64,000 nucleotides of DNA from Candidatus Bathyarchaeota archaeon. GTDB lineage: Archaea > Thermoproteota > Bathyarchaeia > Bathyarchaeales > Bathycorpusculaceae. Of this stretch, positions 31,065-41,006 are shown piece by piece; within the stretch, counting starts at the first letter, position 1, and each line of letters begins with the position of its first letter. The stretch is from NCBI GenBank assembly GCA_963811105.1, contig CAWEPZ010000011.1, forward strand, positions 1,120,001 through 1,184,000, written 5' to 3'. The notes under the pieces were generated by a model. It did no database searches. It was not told the origin of the DNA and saw only the letters and a program-made list of their open reading frames with translations. The translations under genes and the position numbers were made by a program.

Positions 31065-31838
31065 TTATAAGTTTAATGCCGTTTCACCGATAAGTTCCGC
31101 AGTCTTTTTCGGATTATAAACAATGAAAACAGCGTTTCTCATGTATCTACCAACTACGGAAACCAACCCAGCAGCATCAGTACCAAGCTTACAAGTTAAT
31201 GCATGCTCAAACATGCCTAGCGACTCAGTAGCAATGACATCTCGGTTCAACCTCGTCCGCTCAAGCACTAATTCAACCTCGCTTAGCGAAGCGCCCAAAA
31301 TGATTAACCGGTCCAAAAGCGAATCATGCCAAACCTGGATTCTCTCCAATTGCGCCAAGGAAAGTTCTGCCTGCAAAACTTCGTCATCTATCTCTACAAC
31401 TTTTATGCTCAAAGGTAAGTTTTCACGAAAACCATAGATTTCCGAGATTTTTTTCAAGCCAATTTTTCTGCCGTCTGCAAGTTGGGCCTGCAGATAGTTT
31501 AGTGGAATTACAGCTTGAATTATCTTAGGTTCAAAAACGCCGACATCCACTCTCAATTCATTTTTGACATCATCTATCCCGGAAATGTAACCATTCAAAA
31601 CCAAAAACTTTTGAACATTTTTTATGCTTATAGGGCAAGTGCCGATTTTTTGATTGATGTAGCTTGTAGCGATGGCTTCATCTTCGCCGCTAAGAGAAAC
31701 CTGAACCCACTTGTTAACTGGAGTTCCTAAAATCTTAACATCTAAACTTAACTGGCTAAATTCAGCATTCAAAGAGTCCTCTATTTGTTTTAGATGGCGA
31801 GCATTGGAAGCTTTAACAAGCAAAGTTAATGTCGTCAT
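31065..31838 (-). CDS. DUF2110-like conserved archaeal protein
   Basis: Position after tfe-HD genes; GEDEAIA, VDVG, KLGTDAAGL. Confidence 0.75.
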   Translation of the reverse strand: MTTLTLLVKASNARHLKQIEDSLNAEFSQLSLDVKILGTPVNKWVQVSLSGEDEAIATSYINQKIGTCPISIKNVQKFLVLNGYISGIDDVKNELRVDVGVFEPKIIQAVIPLNYLQAQLADGRKIGLKKISEIYGFRENLPLSIKVVEIDDEVLQAELSLAQLERIQVWHDSLLDRLIILGASLSEVELVLERTRLNRDVIATESLGMFEHALTCKLGTDAAGLVSVVGRYMRNAVFIVYNPKKTAELIGETALNL

Positions 31839-31839
31839 T

Positions 31840-32361
31840 TCAATTGCCCAGTAGAGTAGTTATTTCCTCATGAAGCTTTCTAACTCTTTCAGCAGCATCT
31901 TTATGCTCAATTCGAAGCCGCTCAATCTCCAAGTCAATAGTGACTCTCTTTGACTGATCTATTAGTTTATCGGCATATGAGACAATTTTCTCCTCCAAAG
32001 TGATCGGCATATAAACGTCTTTTGACCAACCAAACCTCTCCGCCTCTTCAGCCGTGATTCCGCCACCCACATGTCGCTTAATAATGTTAACCACTTGAAT
32101 GGACAGACCTTCTGAATCAGCAATTTTGGCACCTTCAACGCCATGGTCAACTTTGTTGGTTTTTGAACGCCCAAGGTCGTGTAATAAAGCACCGACTTCA
32201 ACGAGTTGCAAGTTGATTTTTAAGTCTTTATTTTTTAATTTACGTGCGATTTCTAATGCAAGATCTGCAACCAGTTCACAGTGACCAATAACTGAAGAAG
32301 AGCAATTGTTTTTGCGTAGAAGCTCGATTGCTTGCTCCCTTGAAGGAAGCCGGTTACTCAC
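31840..32361 (-). CDS. HD-domain phosphohydrolase (HDIG type)
   Basis: HC, ALLHDLGR, HGVEG, RHVGGG, EEKIVSYAD. Confidence 0.9.
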   Translation of the reverse strand: MSNRLPSREQAIELLRKNNCSSSVIGHCELVADLALEIARKLKNKDLKINLQLVEVGALLHDLGRSKTNKVDHGVEGAKIADSEGLSIQVVNIIKRHVGGGITAEEAERFGWSKDVYMPITLEEKIVSYADKLIDQSKRVTIDLEIERLRIEHKDAAERVRKLHEEITTLLGN

Positions 32362-32866
32362 CGAGTTCCTTCCTTAATACGTCAACTTTGTCAGATAATT
32401 TACTTATCATTTTCTCATTTGCAAAATGTACAAGAGGTTTACTACAACCTGAACAATGAAAAACTAGTTCAACAGCCTCTTCAAAAGGAACACGCTTGCA
32501 TTCTGGACTACCGCAATAATAGAAGTCATGGTTCTTTTCATACTCCAACCTGACATTAAGTTTCTCTAGAACTCGGCGTTTTTGGCTTAAAATAAAACCT
32601 TCCAACTGATCTGGTTGAAGCTTCCAATGAAAGATAAACCATCCTGTTTTTGGATCTCTTGTTCTTCTCAAGCTTACAAGCGAATGATCGTAGAGTTTGT
32701 AGAGGATTTTGCGTACAGTATTAAGCCTAATAGCAGTTTTGTTAGCTATTTCATCATCAGTTATTTCATCTACACCTTTTAGGTGTTCAATAAGTACTAC
32801 AGCTTCTTGATCACCTAGCGCCACAGCAACTTTCAATAAGGTTGCATCATCAATAGTCGATAACAT
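32354..32866 (-). CDS. tfe: Transcription factor E alpha
   Basis: TDDEIA, LNTVRKILYKL, RDPKTGWF, Zn ribbon, FEEAVELVFHCSGC. Confidence 0.92.
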   Translation of the reverse strand: MLSTIDDATLLKVAVALGDQEAVVLIEHLKGVDEITDDEIANKTAIRLNTVRKILYKLYDHSLVSLRRTRDPKTGWFIFHWKLQPDQLEGFILSQKRRVLEKLNVRLEYEKNHDFYYCGSPECKRVPFEEAVELVFHCSGCSKPLVHFANEKMISKLSDKVDVLRKELGE

Positions 32867-32932
32867 ATTCTAATATTCCTTTTAATAATACCTATTATTG
32901 GAACATGGTTCCATAAAACCCTTCTTACATCT

Positions 32933-33523
32933 TTATGAAAAATCAACATCAGTGTTGACTTCTTTGCCCCGTTCCTTAGGAACAATTTTGATTTTGGCTT
33001 TCTCAAAATCTTTAGCTAACTCTTCCCCTTCAAAATACCGATCTAAGAAAATTGCAAGCGCCGAACACTCCGAATGCGGCTGGTTCCCAACAGACACATT
33101 AAAATTAGATACATTGCTTGAATAGAATTCACCTGGAACCTTCTGGCTACCAATTAAAAGCAAAATGTCCTTCCTTAAACCTTTAATTCGAGGCAAAACG
33201 TCGCTTGTTTGTATGTTTTCTCCGTAAGCCGTTAAATGAACAACAATACCGCCTTTAGCTCGCCATTCATGAACTGTTTTTTTCCACGAGGTGCCCATTT
33301 CAAACTGGAAGGTTCCGCCCCAACGCACAACTATCTTTCTTATTGTTTCAGCTATGTTGGGGTCTTCAACATCTGAGAGTATAAAGCCTGAAGCACATAA
33401 TGCTCGGGCAGTTAAAGCGACGTGAGTAGTTAACCGCACATCCCGCTGTGGCCTATGCCCCCACCGCAAGATCACAATTCTCTGCTGGTCATTTGGTTTT
33501 TGGGGAAGCTTCGAATTTTCCAT
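32933..33523 (-). CDS. trm56: tRNA (cytidine56-2'-O)-methyltransferase aTrm56
   Basis: LRWGHRPQRDVRLTTHVALTARA, VHLTAYG, NVSVGNQPHSE. Confidence 0.93.
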   Translation of the reverse strand: MENSKLPQKPNDQQRIVILRWGHRPQRDVRLTTHVALTARALCASGFILSDVEDPNIAETIRKIVVRWGGTFQFEMGTSWKKTVHEWRAKGGIVVHLTAYGENIQTSDVLPRIKGLRKDILLLIGSQKVPGEFYSSNVSNFNVSVGNQPHSECSALAIFLDRYFEGEELAKDFEKAKIKIVPKERGKEVNTDVDFS

Positions 33524-34760
33524 TTAAGTCTTCAACTTTTCTTTTCACTTGCTCATATAACTCCAACGGCGCACCAAACACAACCTCAATGGAATCATTG
33601 GTATAGTTTTCTTTCAAAATATCAGTCTTTTCGTGAAGCCACGAGATAAAAGGCATACTCTTACCCGTCAACGGAACAGAAAACTGCGCTTCAACGTAGT
33701 TCTCAAGAATTCTCAGGATTTCCTTCTTAAGCAAATCAAGGTTTGTTTGGCATTTAGCGGATATCAAGATGGGATTTCTCGCTTTATCTTTGAGAAATTC
33801 CAATTTCTGTTCTCGTTCACCATCATTTATCAAGTCAATCTTGTTTAGCGCAGTTATAGTTGGGATGCCTGATGCGCCTAGGCGGTCGATTGTTTCTAAA
33901 CAAACGTTGTGTTTCATCTCGATTTTTTCCACAGGCTCGCTTAAATCTAACATCAGTATTATCAAGTCCGAAAAAATAGTTTCTTCAAGGGTCGAATGAA
34001 ACGCTTCAATCAAAGCGAGCGGCAAACGATCAATAAACCCGACAGTATCCGTTAAAAGAAACTTGCGGTTCGAAAATTCCACCATCCGCGTTGTAGTAGA
34101 AAGGGTGGTGAATAATGCTTTGTCCACTTTGACAGTTTCTTCAGTTAAAGCATTAAACAAAGAGCTTTTGCCAGATTTCGTATAACCAGCTAGCGAAATC
34201 GTCAAAAAACCAAGCTCTGTTCGCCTCTCCCTATGAAGAACTCTTTTTTCCCTGATCTTTGTTAGTTTTTTAAGGATCGTTTGGACTTGCCGTTTAATTG
34301 CGTCACGGTAAACATCTGCTTCATAAGCTCCTAGACCCATAAAACCAGGTTGCTCGCTTCCCTTAGCTAACTTAACTTTTTCCTTAGCATGTTTAAGTTC
34401 ATTTCGCACCGTTGCCAACTGAATCTGGAGCTGAGCTTCGGTTGTAGTGGCCCTATTAGTAAATATTTCAAGAATAAGCTGGAAGCGATCGATAACTTCT
34501 ACATGCGTTGCTTTTGCCAGATTGTAGGTTTGACGAGTTTTTAGGTTGTTATCAAAAATTACTTTTCCGGCGCCAGTTTCCTCAACCAACTGAGTGAGTT
34601 CTTCAACTTTTCCAGCACCTATCTGATAGCGTGCATCAGGCGGACGGGTTTGCTCCAAAGTTCCGACAACTAAGTAACCAGCAGCTTCAGCTAATCGCTT
34701 AAGCTCATCCAAACTTGACTCTTCACGATTCAACCTACGCTGAACTATAACGGCTTTCGT
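33489..34760 (-). CDS. hflX: GTPase HflX; probable ACG start at 34760
   Basis: ELKRLAEAAGY, IGAGKVEE, IDRFQLILEIF, GYTKSGKS, FTTL, DTVGFI, NKID; N-terminus (M)KAVIVQRRLN. Confidence 0.92.
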   Translation of the reverse strand, partial: TKAVIVQRRLNREESSLDELKRLAEAAGYLVVGTLEQTRPPDARYQIGAGKVEELTQLVEETGAGKVIFDNNLKTRQTYNLAKATHVEVIDRFQLILEIFTNRATTTEAQLQIQLATVRNELKHAKEKVKLAKGSEQPGFMGLGAYEADVYRDAIKRQVQTILKKLTKIREKRVLHRERRTELGFLTISLAGYTKSGKSSLFNALTEETVKVDKALFTTLSTTTRMVEFSNRKFLLTDTVGFIDRLPLALIEAFHSTLEETIFSDLIILMLDLSEPVEKIEMKHNVCLETIDRLGASGIPTITALNKIDLINDGEREQKLEFLKDKARNPILISAKCQTNLDLLKKEILRILENYVEAQFSVPLTGKSMPFISWLHEKTDILKENYTNDSIEVVFGAPLELYEQVKRKVEDLNGKFEASPKTK

Positions 34761-35281
34761 TTAGTAGCCGCCTCGCCCTCGTTCTTTTCTATTTCAACCA
34801 GATCTCCTAAAGTCATTTCTTGGTTGGCGGATTTTGAAGTTGGAGGAGGAACTTTTTCTTCTGAAATTGGAACAAGCAGCTTGATTTTTAACATATGCTC
34901 GAGCTTTGACGCTAACTGGTTGTTTGGTGCCATTTTTCCAGATTCAAGATTTCTTAAAACAGAAGCTTTCTCGTTTATTTTTTTGCCCAGTTCTTCATGG
35001 CTAAGCGCCAGCTTTTCCCGAGCCACTTTAATCTTGATTGCGTAGTCTTCAGTGATTTCTTGGGTGATATTCACTGAAGGTATCATGGTTTTTTTCTGAA
35101 CCATGGTAATAGGCGCCTGCGGTTTTTTGAGGAGGGCTGCTTGCCTGGGTAAAACCATTTCTGATTCATGGATGACTTTTCCATGTTTTGAGCATTCAAT
35201 GCAGACGGTTAGCTTTGCCCCTTCGATAACTGCCGTTATTGGGTCATCATGAATTTTGTGTCCGCAAACTTCGCATCTCAA
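34745..35281 (-). CDS. mbf1: Archaeal multiprotein bridging factor aMBF1
   Basis: TTG start MRCEVCG...IEGAKLTVCIEC Zn ribbon, HTH, TLGD; the ORF-track upstream extension is spurious. Confidence 0.9.
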   Translation of the reverse strand: MRCEVCGHKIHDDPITAVIEGAKLTVCIECSKHGKVIHESEMVLPRQAALLKKPQAPITMVQKKTMIPSVNITQEITEDYAIKIKVAREKLALSHEELGKKINEKASVLRNLESGKMAPNNQLASKLEHMLKIKLLVPISEEKVPPPTSKSANQEMTLGDLVEIEKNEGEAATKRKPL

Positions 35282-35363
35282 ATAAATGTTCCCTTTTATT
35301 GTCTTTATTATAATGTTATGTTTATACTTGTCGAAAACAAAAAATCTTATCGACGGTGAAAAT

Positions 35364-35831
35364 GTGGAGAACATTCTGGGGAAAGTAAGGAGCATTGCTG
35401 ACTTCCAATTCGGGAGAGGCGTCGGTGCAATGCTGTTTCCTGAAAATATTGAGGTGCAGCTTTCTCCACGAACAGGAAGAATCCGCTTTATCAACTTAAA
35501 CGGTGAAAGGTTAGCTACGTTACGCCCCACCGACGGTTTACTCTCTCTGAGCATTAAGGCCGCAAAATTTATTGCTGAAAATCTTCCCTTCGCAAAATGC
35601 TTTGTTTCGGTCCAAAGTGATGTGTCAAAATATATCGCCGCCGGCGGAGATGTTTTTGCAGTTCACGTAGTCAAGGTTGATAATGAAATTCGGGCTAAGG
35701 ATGAAGTTATCGTTTTGGATGAAGTGGGAAATGTTTTGGGGGTTGGTAGAGCTACGCTTTCAAGCGTAGAGATGACAGCTTTTAAAACGGGCGTAGCTGT
35801 CAAGGTAAGGCACGGCGCAAAGAAAAGCTAA
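35364..35831 (+). CDS. PUA-domain RNA-binding protein (TGT C-terminal-like)
   Basis: IADFQFG, SPRTGRIR, DVFAVHV, DEVIV, GVAVKVR. Confidence 0.85.
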   Translation: MENILGKVRSIADFQFGRGVGAMLFPENIEVQLSPRTGRIRFINLNGERLATLRPTDGLLSLSIKAAKFIAENLPFAKCFVSVQSDVSKYIAAGGDVFAVHVVKVDNEIRAKDEVIVLDEVGNVLGVGRATLSSVEMTAFKTGVAVKVRHGAKKS

Positions 35832-35959
35832 GTTTATCAAACTTTTTCGTCGAGTTATTGTTTTATGTTTTTTTCCTTTCGCTGTTTAGTTTTTTTAAGC
35901 GATGGTTTTTCGGTACCTATACAAAGCCAAGAAAAAGATGCACTTGAGCCACAATGTTA

Positions 35960-36181
35960 CTATTTTCCCATGACTTTTCTAACAGCGATTTCAATATCTT
36001 CCGTCTTAATGGTCTTTCTTCCTGCATATTTAGCATAATCGAGTGCTTCTTTAGCAATCTTCATGCCAATCTCCTCAAGAACTTTTGCAAGTTCCTTCGC
36101 TGCTGCTTCACTTACCCTGTCTGCGCCAGCTTTCTCGCACAGTCGACGCATTGGAGCTAAAGCTATTTCTAATTCTTTCAT
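35960..36181 (-). CDS. Archaeal histone
   Basis: IALAPMRRL..AGADRVS...AGRKTIKTEDI histone-fold signature. Confidence 0.95.
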   Translation of the reverse strand: MKELEIALAPMRRLCEKAGADRVSEAAAKELAKVLEEIGMKIAKEALDYAKYAGRKTIKTEDIEIAVRKVMGK

Positions 36182-36309
36182 ATAGACTTTCTCCACTGTC
36201 TCTTCTTATTTTTAAGGCAGTATTAAGCTTTGTTATCTTTTTCAGCCATTTTCTTTAGCAAATTATAAATACAAATTCCTGTAATACATTAATTCCCGAG
36301 GTTGTTTTA

Positions 36310-36366
36310 ATGGCAAAGAAACCAGTTAAAAAAGAAGTAAAGAAAGCCCCGGCAAAGAAAAAGTAA
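36310..36366 (+). CDS. 18-aa Lys/Ala/Pro-rich micropeptide MAKKPVKKEVKKAPAKKK
   Basis: ATG..TAA with SD-like GAGGTTG, TTATAAAT ~45 nt upstream and a T-rich terminator after it. Confidence 0.7.
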   Translation: MAKKPVKKEVKKAPAKKK

Positions 36367-36517
36367 AACCTCGGCATAACCTACACTTATTTCTCTTTTT
36401 TCTTTTCTAAAGAATAGAACTAAAAAGAACAAAATAAATGGAGTTGGCGCCAGCTAAATCTTAGTGAGATGATTACTTTGAAAAAGTTAAGTTTATATCA
36501 AGTTCTAATGCAGAATA

Positions 36518-36901
36518 ATGAGTGAAGTGAAGTTTATGCATAAACGTATGAATCCTCGAGAGCAAAAACGCATGATGCAACGTATGGGCATGAACATGGA
36601 CTCCGTCCCAGACGTTCAACAAGTCATTATTAGAACAAGCGGCAAAGACATTGTAATCGATGAGCCTGAAGTGGCAATTCTTGAAGTGCAGGGACAAAAA
36701 ATGTACCAAGTTATTGGCGGTCAGGTATCAGAGCAAGCGCCTTCTCAACGCCAAACAGCAAATGCGGCACAGCCAGTATTCTCAGAAGAAGACGTGAGGC
36801 TGGTGGCGGACCAAACAGGTAAAAGCTTGGAGAAAGCAAAGGAAGCTCTTGAGGACTGCCAAGGCGATTTGGCGAAAGCCATACTGCTTCTTCAATCTTA
36901 G
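36518..36901 (+). CDS. nac: Nascent polypeptide-associated complex protein
   Basis: MNPREQKRMMQRMG, YQVIG, EDVRLVADQTG...GDLAKAI UBA. Confidence 0.92.
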   Translation: MSEVKFMHKRMNPREQKRMMQRMGMNMDSVPDVQQVIIRTSGKDIVIDEPEVAILEVQGQKMYQVIGGQVSEQAPSQRQTANAAQPVFSEEDVRLVADQTGKSLEKAKEALEDCQGDLAKAILLLQS

Positions 36902-36957
36902 TTTTTTAATGGTTATATCTTGGTTGAAGTATTAATGATTCTGAAGGAGTTTGGGCA

Positions 36958-37881
36958 ATGCTTCAAAACGTAGATGTAGCGGTAATTGGACATTTCTCAA
37001 TTGACACTATTTTATTGCCCAGTAGAACTGCCCCGTTTGTGGTTTTAGGCGGTGCTGCAACCTACACTTCGTTTGCCACCAAACGCTTAGGCGCAACCAC
37101 TTCTGTGATTTCCAAAGTAGGTGGCAATTTTCCTGAAGCTTATCTGTGGTGGGTAAAGCAGGAAGGAATTGACATTTCAGGCGTAACCAAACATGCAAAC
37201 GAGCCAACGACACAGTTTGAGTTGCAGTATAATGTAGATTTATCTGAAAGAACCCTAAAGTTGAAAAGTAAAGGAACGCCCATTAGCTTAGATGATTTGC
37301 CTGCAGGTTTTAAAGCTAAAGCTGTTCATATTGCGCCCATTGCCAACGAAGTATCATTCGAAGTGATTGAGCATTTGAAACATTGTGCAGATGTAGTGTC
37401 ACTTGACCCTCAGGGGTTACTTCGAAGCTTCGACCAAGCAGGAAACGTAACAGAAAACACTTCTTTAGATGCACGAATATTTAGCCTAATCAACATTTGC
37501 AAGTCATCGCAGAACGAAATCTTCAGACTGACTGGCGAGTCAGAGCTTAAGCCGGCAATAAGAGCGATTCACGACGTTGGTGTGGAAACTGTCATCGTCA
37601 CCATGGGGACAAAAGGTTCAGTGCTCTCAGTTGAAGGCGCACAATACAATATTGCGGCTTGCCCATCACAGGTTCTGGTTGACCCAACAGGGGCAGGAGA
37701 CGTTTTCATAGGCGGCTTCTTAACAGAATTCCTACGCCAAAAAGAATCAACATGGTGTGCCTGCGTCGGTTCAGCAGCTGCTTCGTTGGTTGTCGAAGGT
37801 CTTGGCCCGACTTATTTTGGCAAAAAAGAAGAAATTTATCAGAGAGCCAAGGTCTTATATGAAAAGGAACTTAAGCATTAG
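36958..37881 (+). CDS. PfkB family carbohydrate kinase
   Basis: GGAATY, LDPQG, DPTGAGDVFIGG. Confidence 0.9.
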   Translation: MLQNVDVAVIGHFSIDTILLPSRTAPFVVLGGAATYTSFATKRLGATTSVISKVGGNFPEAYLWWVKQEGIDISGVTKHANEPTTQFELQYNVDLSERTLKLKSKGTPISLDDLPAGFKAKAVHIAPIANEVSFEVIEHLKHCADVVSLDPQGLLRSFDQAGNVTENTSLDARIFSLINICKSSQNEIFRLTGESELKPAIRAIHDVGVETVIVTMGTKGSVLSVEGAQYNIAACPSQVLVDPTGAGDVFIGGFLTEFLRQKESTWCACVGSAAASLVVEGLGPTYFGKKEEIYQRAKVLYEKELKH

Positions 37882-37914
37882 CGTAAATGTAAATCAACAC
37901 AATGAGGCTAGATT

Positions 37915-38124
37915 ATGGGACGCATAGACAAAGGACAAAAATGCAGTGTTTCGGGCTGCGGCAGAGAAGCTGTACGTTCATTATCTTCTGATAAAGTCAA
38001 GGCTGCTGGTCTAAATGTTAGCAGCGGCGAAAAACGCGCTTATATTTGCAAAGAACACTACAAAGAATACAAGAAGAAAACCAAGAAAGATAAAACCATT
38101 GATAAGTGGCGTTACGGTCACTGA
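37915..38124 (+). CDS. Small basic Zn-finger-like protein
   Basis: CSVSGC...CKEHYKEYKK; SD GAGG; upstream of thrS. Confidence 0.75.
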   Translation: MGRIDKGQKCSVSGCGREAVRSLSSDKVKAAGLNVSSGEKRAYICKEHYKEYKKKTKKDKTIDKWRYGH

Positions 38125-38139
38125 GAAGAGTGAAGCATC

Positions 38140-40044
38140 GTGCGAATTTTACAGTTGCATTCTAACTTTATAGTTTTCAAACCAGTCCAAAAAGAAATCG
38201 CCATTGCTGAGGAAGCGGAACAAAAAGAAAACCGCTTAGAAGAGGTTGTAGTTTTATTTACCGCCATTGAAGAAGGCGACAATATTGCGGTTGGGCACAA
38301 AGCCATTGATGATGTCCGCAGCTTTCTAGGAAAACAGAAAGCCAATCGCATCCTAATTTACCCGTTCGCTCACCTAAGCAGCAACCTCTCAAAACCCATC
38401 GAAGCCTTAAACCTCATTAAAGACATGGAAGCCTACGCAAAAGAGAAAGGAATCGAAACTTATAGGGCTCCATTCGGCTGGAACAAACAATTCACCATTT
38501 CCATTAAAGGGCACCCATTGGCCGAGCAGGCACGCTCTTATGCTCCGACACCAGTTGCGGTTGAAGCAAAAGCTGAAGGCATATGTGAACCCAAAAAGGA
38601 AGAAGAACCTGTTTCAGCAGCACTTAAAGCCGAAGACAAGATGCAGTCATTCTGGCATGTCATCTTACCTGACGGCTCATTAGTCCCAATTGAAGAGTTT
38701 AAATTTAAAGGCCACGTTAACCTGCAAAAGTTTTCTCAATATGAAATCAAAAAGGCAAGAGCCGTCACTCAGATGCCTCCGCACGTTCCGCTGATGAAAA
38801 GGCTTGAAATTGCTGATTATGAACCTGGAAGTGACCCTGGAAACCTCCGCTGGTATCCTAAAGGACGTATGATTAAGTCTTTGCTAGAGCAATATGTTAC
38901 TGCGCGTATAGCTGCCTACGGCGGCATGGAAGTAGAAACCCCAATCATGTATGACTTTAACCACCCCAGCCTCAAAAGTTACTTAAACCGTTTTCCAGCA
39001 CGCCAATACGTCCTCAAATCGGAAGATAAGGAACTTTTCCTGCGTTTCGCAGCATGTTTTGGCCAATTCCTAATGGCACATGATGCACAATTCAGTTACA
39101 AACAACTACCCATCAAACTTTACGAATTGACCCGATACAGTTTCAGGCGAGAAAAAAGCGGCGAAGTCGTCGGCTTAAAACGTCTGCGAGCCTTCACAAT
39201 GCCAGATTGCCACGCATTCTGCACTGACCTTGACCAAGCCAAAAAAGAGTTTATGATTCGCTTTAACCTCTGCATCGACGTCTTAAGTAACATTGGATTG
39301 GCAAAGGACGACTACGAAATAGCTATGCGCTTCACCAAGGAATTCTACGAAGAGCACAAAGATTTCATCGCTGAGTTCGCCAAGACTTTTGGCAAGCCCA
39401 TGCTAGCTGAAGTATGGAACGAACGCTTCTTCTACTTCGCGCTCAAATGGGACCTAAACTTCATTGACAACCAAGACAAAGCCGCAGCACTCAGCACAGA
39501 CCAAATTGACGTGGAAAATGCCAAACGCTACGAAATTACTTTCGTAGACGAAAAAGGCGAAAAGCAGTACCCACTGATTCTACACTGTTCGCCAAGCGGC
39601 GCCATCGAACGAGATATCTACGCACTCTTAGAGAAGGCATACAGCGAACAGATGGCTGGAAAAGCGCCCATGCTTCCATTGTGGCTTTCACCGACTCAAG
39701 TAAGGCTTATTCCAATATCAGATAAATATATGGACAAGATTGAGGATCTTGCAGAACAAATTGCTAAGCACTGCATCCGCGTAGACATCGATGATAGCGC
39801 TTCAACTTTGCAGAAGAAGATACGTGAAGCTGAGCAAGAATGGGTCCCCTACATCATAGTGGTCGGCGAAAAAGAGGTTGAATCTGGAACCCTCTCCGTT
39901 CGAGACCGCGAGCTCAAAGGTCAACAACAGACCATGACATCTGAGCAGTTGATTGCGAAAGTGTCGGAGAAGATTGCAGGTAAACCTTTCAAAGCTTTGC
40001 CGTTGCCAGTTAACATTTCCAAGAGACCGCATTTTCACGGATGA
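38140..40044 (+). CDS. thrS: Threonyl-tRNA synthetase (archaeal type, editing domain)
   Basis: MRILQLHS, YPFAHLS, APFGW, RFAACFGQF, RLRAFTMPDCH, ILHCSPSGAIER. Confidence 0.96.
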   Translation: MRILQLHSNFIVFKPVQKEIAIAEEAEQKENRLEEVVVLFTAIEEGDNIAVGHKAIDDVRSFLGKQKANRILIYPFAHLSSNLSKPIEALNLIKDMEAYAKEKGIETYRAPFGWNKQFTISIKGHPLAEQARSYAPTPVAVEAKAEGICEPKKEEEPVSAALKAEDKMQSFWHVILPDGSLVPIEEFKFKGHVNLQKFSQYEIKKARAVTQMPPHVPLMKRLEIADYEPGSDPGNLRWYPKGRMIKSLLEQYVTARIAAYGGMEVETPIMYDFNHPSLKSYLNRFPARQYVLKSEDKELFLRFAACFGQFLMAHDAQFSYKQLPIKLYELTRYSFRREKSGEVVGLKRLRAFTMPDCHAFCTDLDQAKKEFMIRFNLCIDVLSNIGLAKDDYEIAMRFTKEFYEEHKDFIAEFAKTFGKPMLAEVWNERFFYFALKWDLNFIDNQDKAAALSTDQIDVENAKRYEITFVDEKGEKQYPLILHCSPSGAIERDIYALLEKAYSEQMAGKAPMLPLWLSPTQVRLIPISDKYMDKIEDLAEQIAKHCIRVDIDDSASTLQKKIREAEQEWVPYIIVVGEKEVESGTLSVRDRELKGQQQTMTSEQLIAKVSEKIAGKPFKALPLPVNISKRPHFHG

Positions 40045-40121
40045 TAAATGAAACATATGTATCACTGACACAAAATATATCAAACAATTAAACAGTTGAA
40101 ACACTGTAAGAGTGAAAAATA

Positions 40122-41006
40122 ATGAACAGCGAATTGGCAGTTTACATTGACGGAGAGTATTATCCTAAATCACAGGCTAAGATATCCGTATATGATCATG
40201 GATTCCTATATGGAGACGGAGTCTTTGAAGGAATACGCGAATACAATGGTGTTGTATTCAAGCTCATAGAGCATGTTGATCGCCTATATCGTTCAGCACA
40301 TGCGACAACGCTCAATATTCCTATAACTAAAGAGGAAATGATCAACGCTGTCCTTGAAACCCTGCGCAAGAATAAGATGAAAGACTCATACATTCGCTTA
40401 ATAGTCACAAGAGGCTTAGGCGACCTTGGCTTAGACCCACGCAAATGCCCCAAACCCACAATAATAGTTATCACCGACACAATTAACATTCGAGCAGGCA
40501 ATGCAAAAGAAACAGGTATCACAACCATGTTCTCGTGGGTTCGCAGAAACCCGGTCGACTCAACAACACACGAGATAAAATCGCTCAACTACCTAAACAG
40601 CGTCCTGGCGAAAATAGAAGCCAATGCATGCGGTGTTGACGAAGCCATCTGCTTAGAAAGTAATGGGCACATAGCTGAAGGAGTAGGCGAAAACGTTTTC
40701 ATAGTGAAAAACAGCGTACTTCTAACGCCACCAACCTCCACAGGCGCACTTGCAGGCATCACCGCCGAAGTCGTAGAGAAACTTGCAGCTAAACTGGAAA
40801 TAAAACTTACAGTAACTAATCTTACGCCCTTCATGATGTTCACTGCAGACGAAGCTTTCTTCACCGGAACAGCCATGGAAATGGTGCCCATTCGGGAAGT
40901 GAACAAACGCCAAATCGGCTCAGGTAAACCAGGACCCATTACAAAGAAATTGATGACTGAATTCCAGAAAGTAATTGAAAACCCTGCAAACGGCGTTAAG
41001 GTCTAA
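40122..41006 (+). CDS. ilvE: Branched-chain amino acid aminotransferase
   Basis: DHGFLYGDGVFEGIR, KSLNY, EGVGEN, LAGIT, TGTAME. Confidence 0.95.
   Translation: MNSELAVYIDGEYYPKSQAKISVYDHGFLYGDGVFEGIREYNGVVFKLIEHVDRLYRSAHATTLNIPITKEEMINAVLETLRKNKMKDSYIRLIVTRGLGDLGLDPRKCPKPTIIVITDTINIRAGNAKETGITTMFSWVRRNPVDSTTHEIKSLNYLNSVLAKIEANACGVDEAICLESNGHIAEGVGENVFIVKNSVLLTPPTSTGALAGITAEVVEKLAAKLEIKLTVTNLTPFMMFTADEAFFTGTAMEMVPIREVNKRQIGSGKPGPITKKLMTEFQKVIENPANGVKV

Noticed and set aside
35282-35554. Long N-terminal extensions of mbf1 and the PUA gene in the ORF track
   Set aside because: They overlap each other head-to-head; homologous starts are TTG 35281 and GTG 35364.
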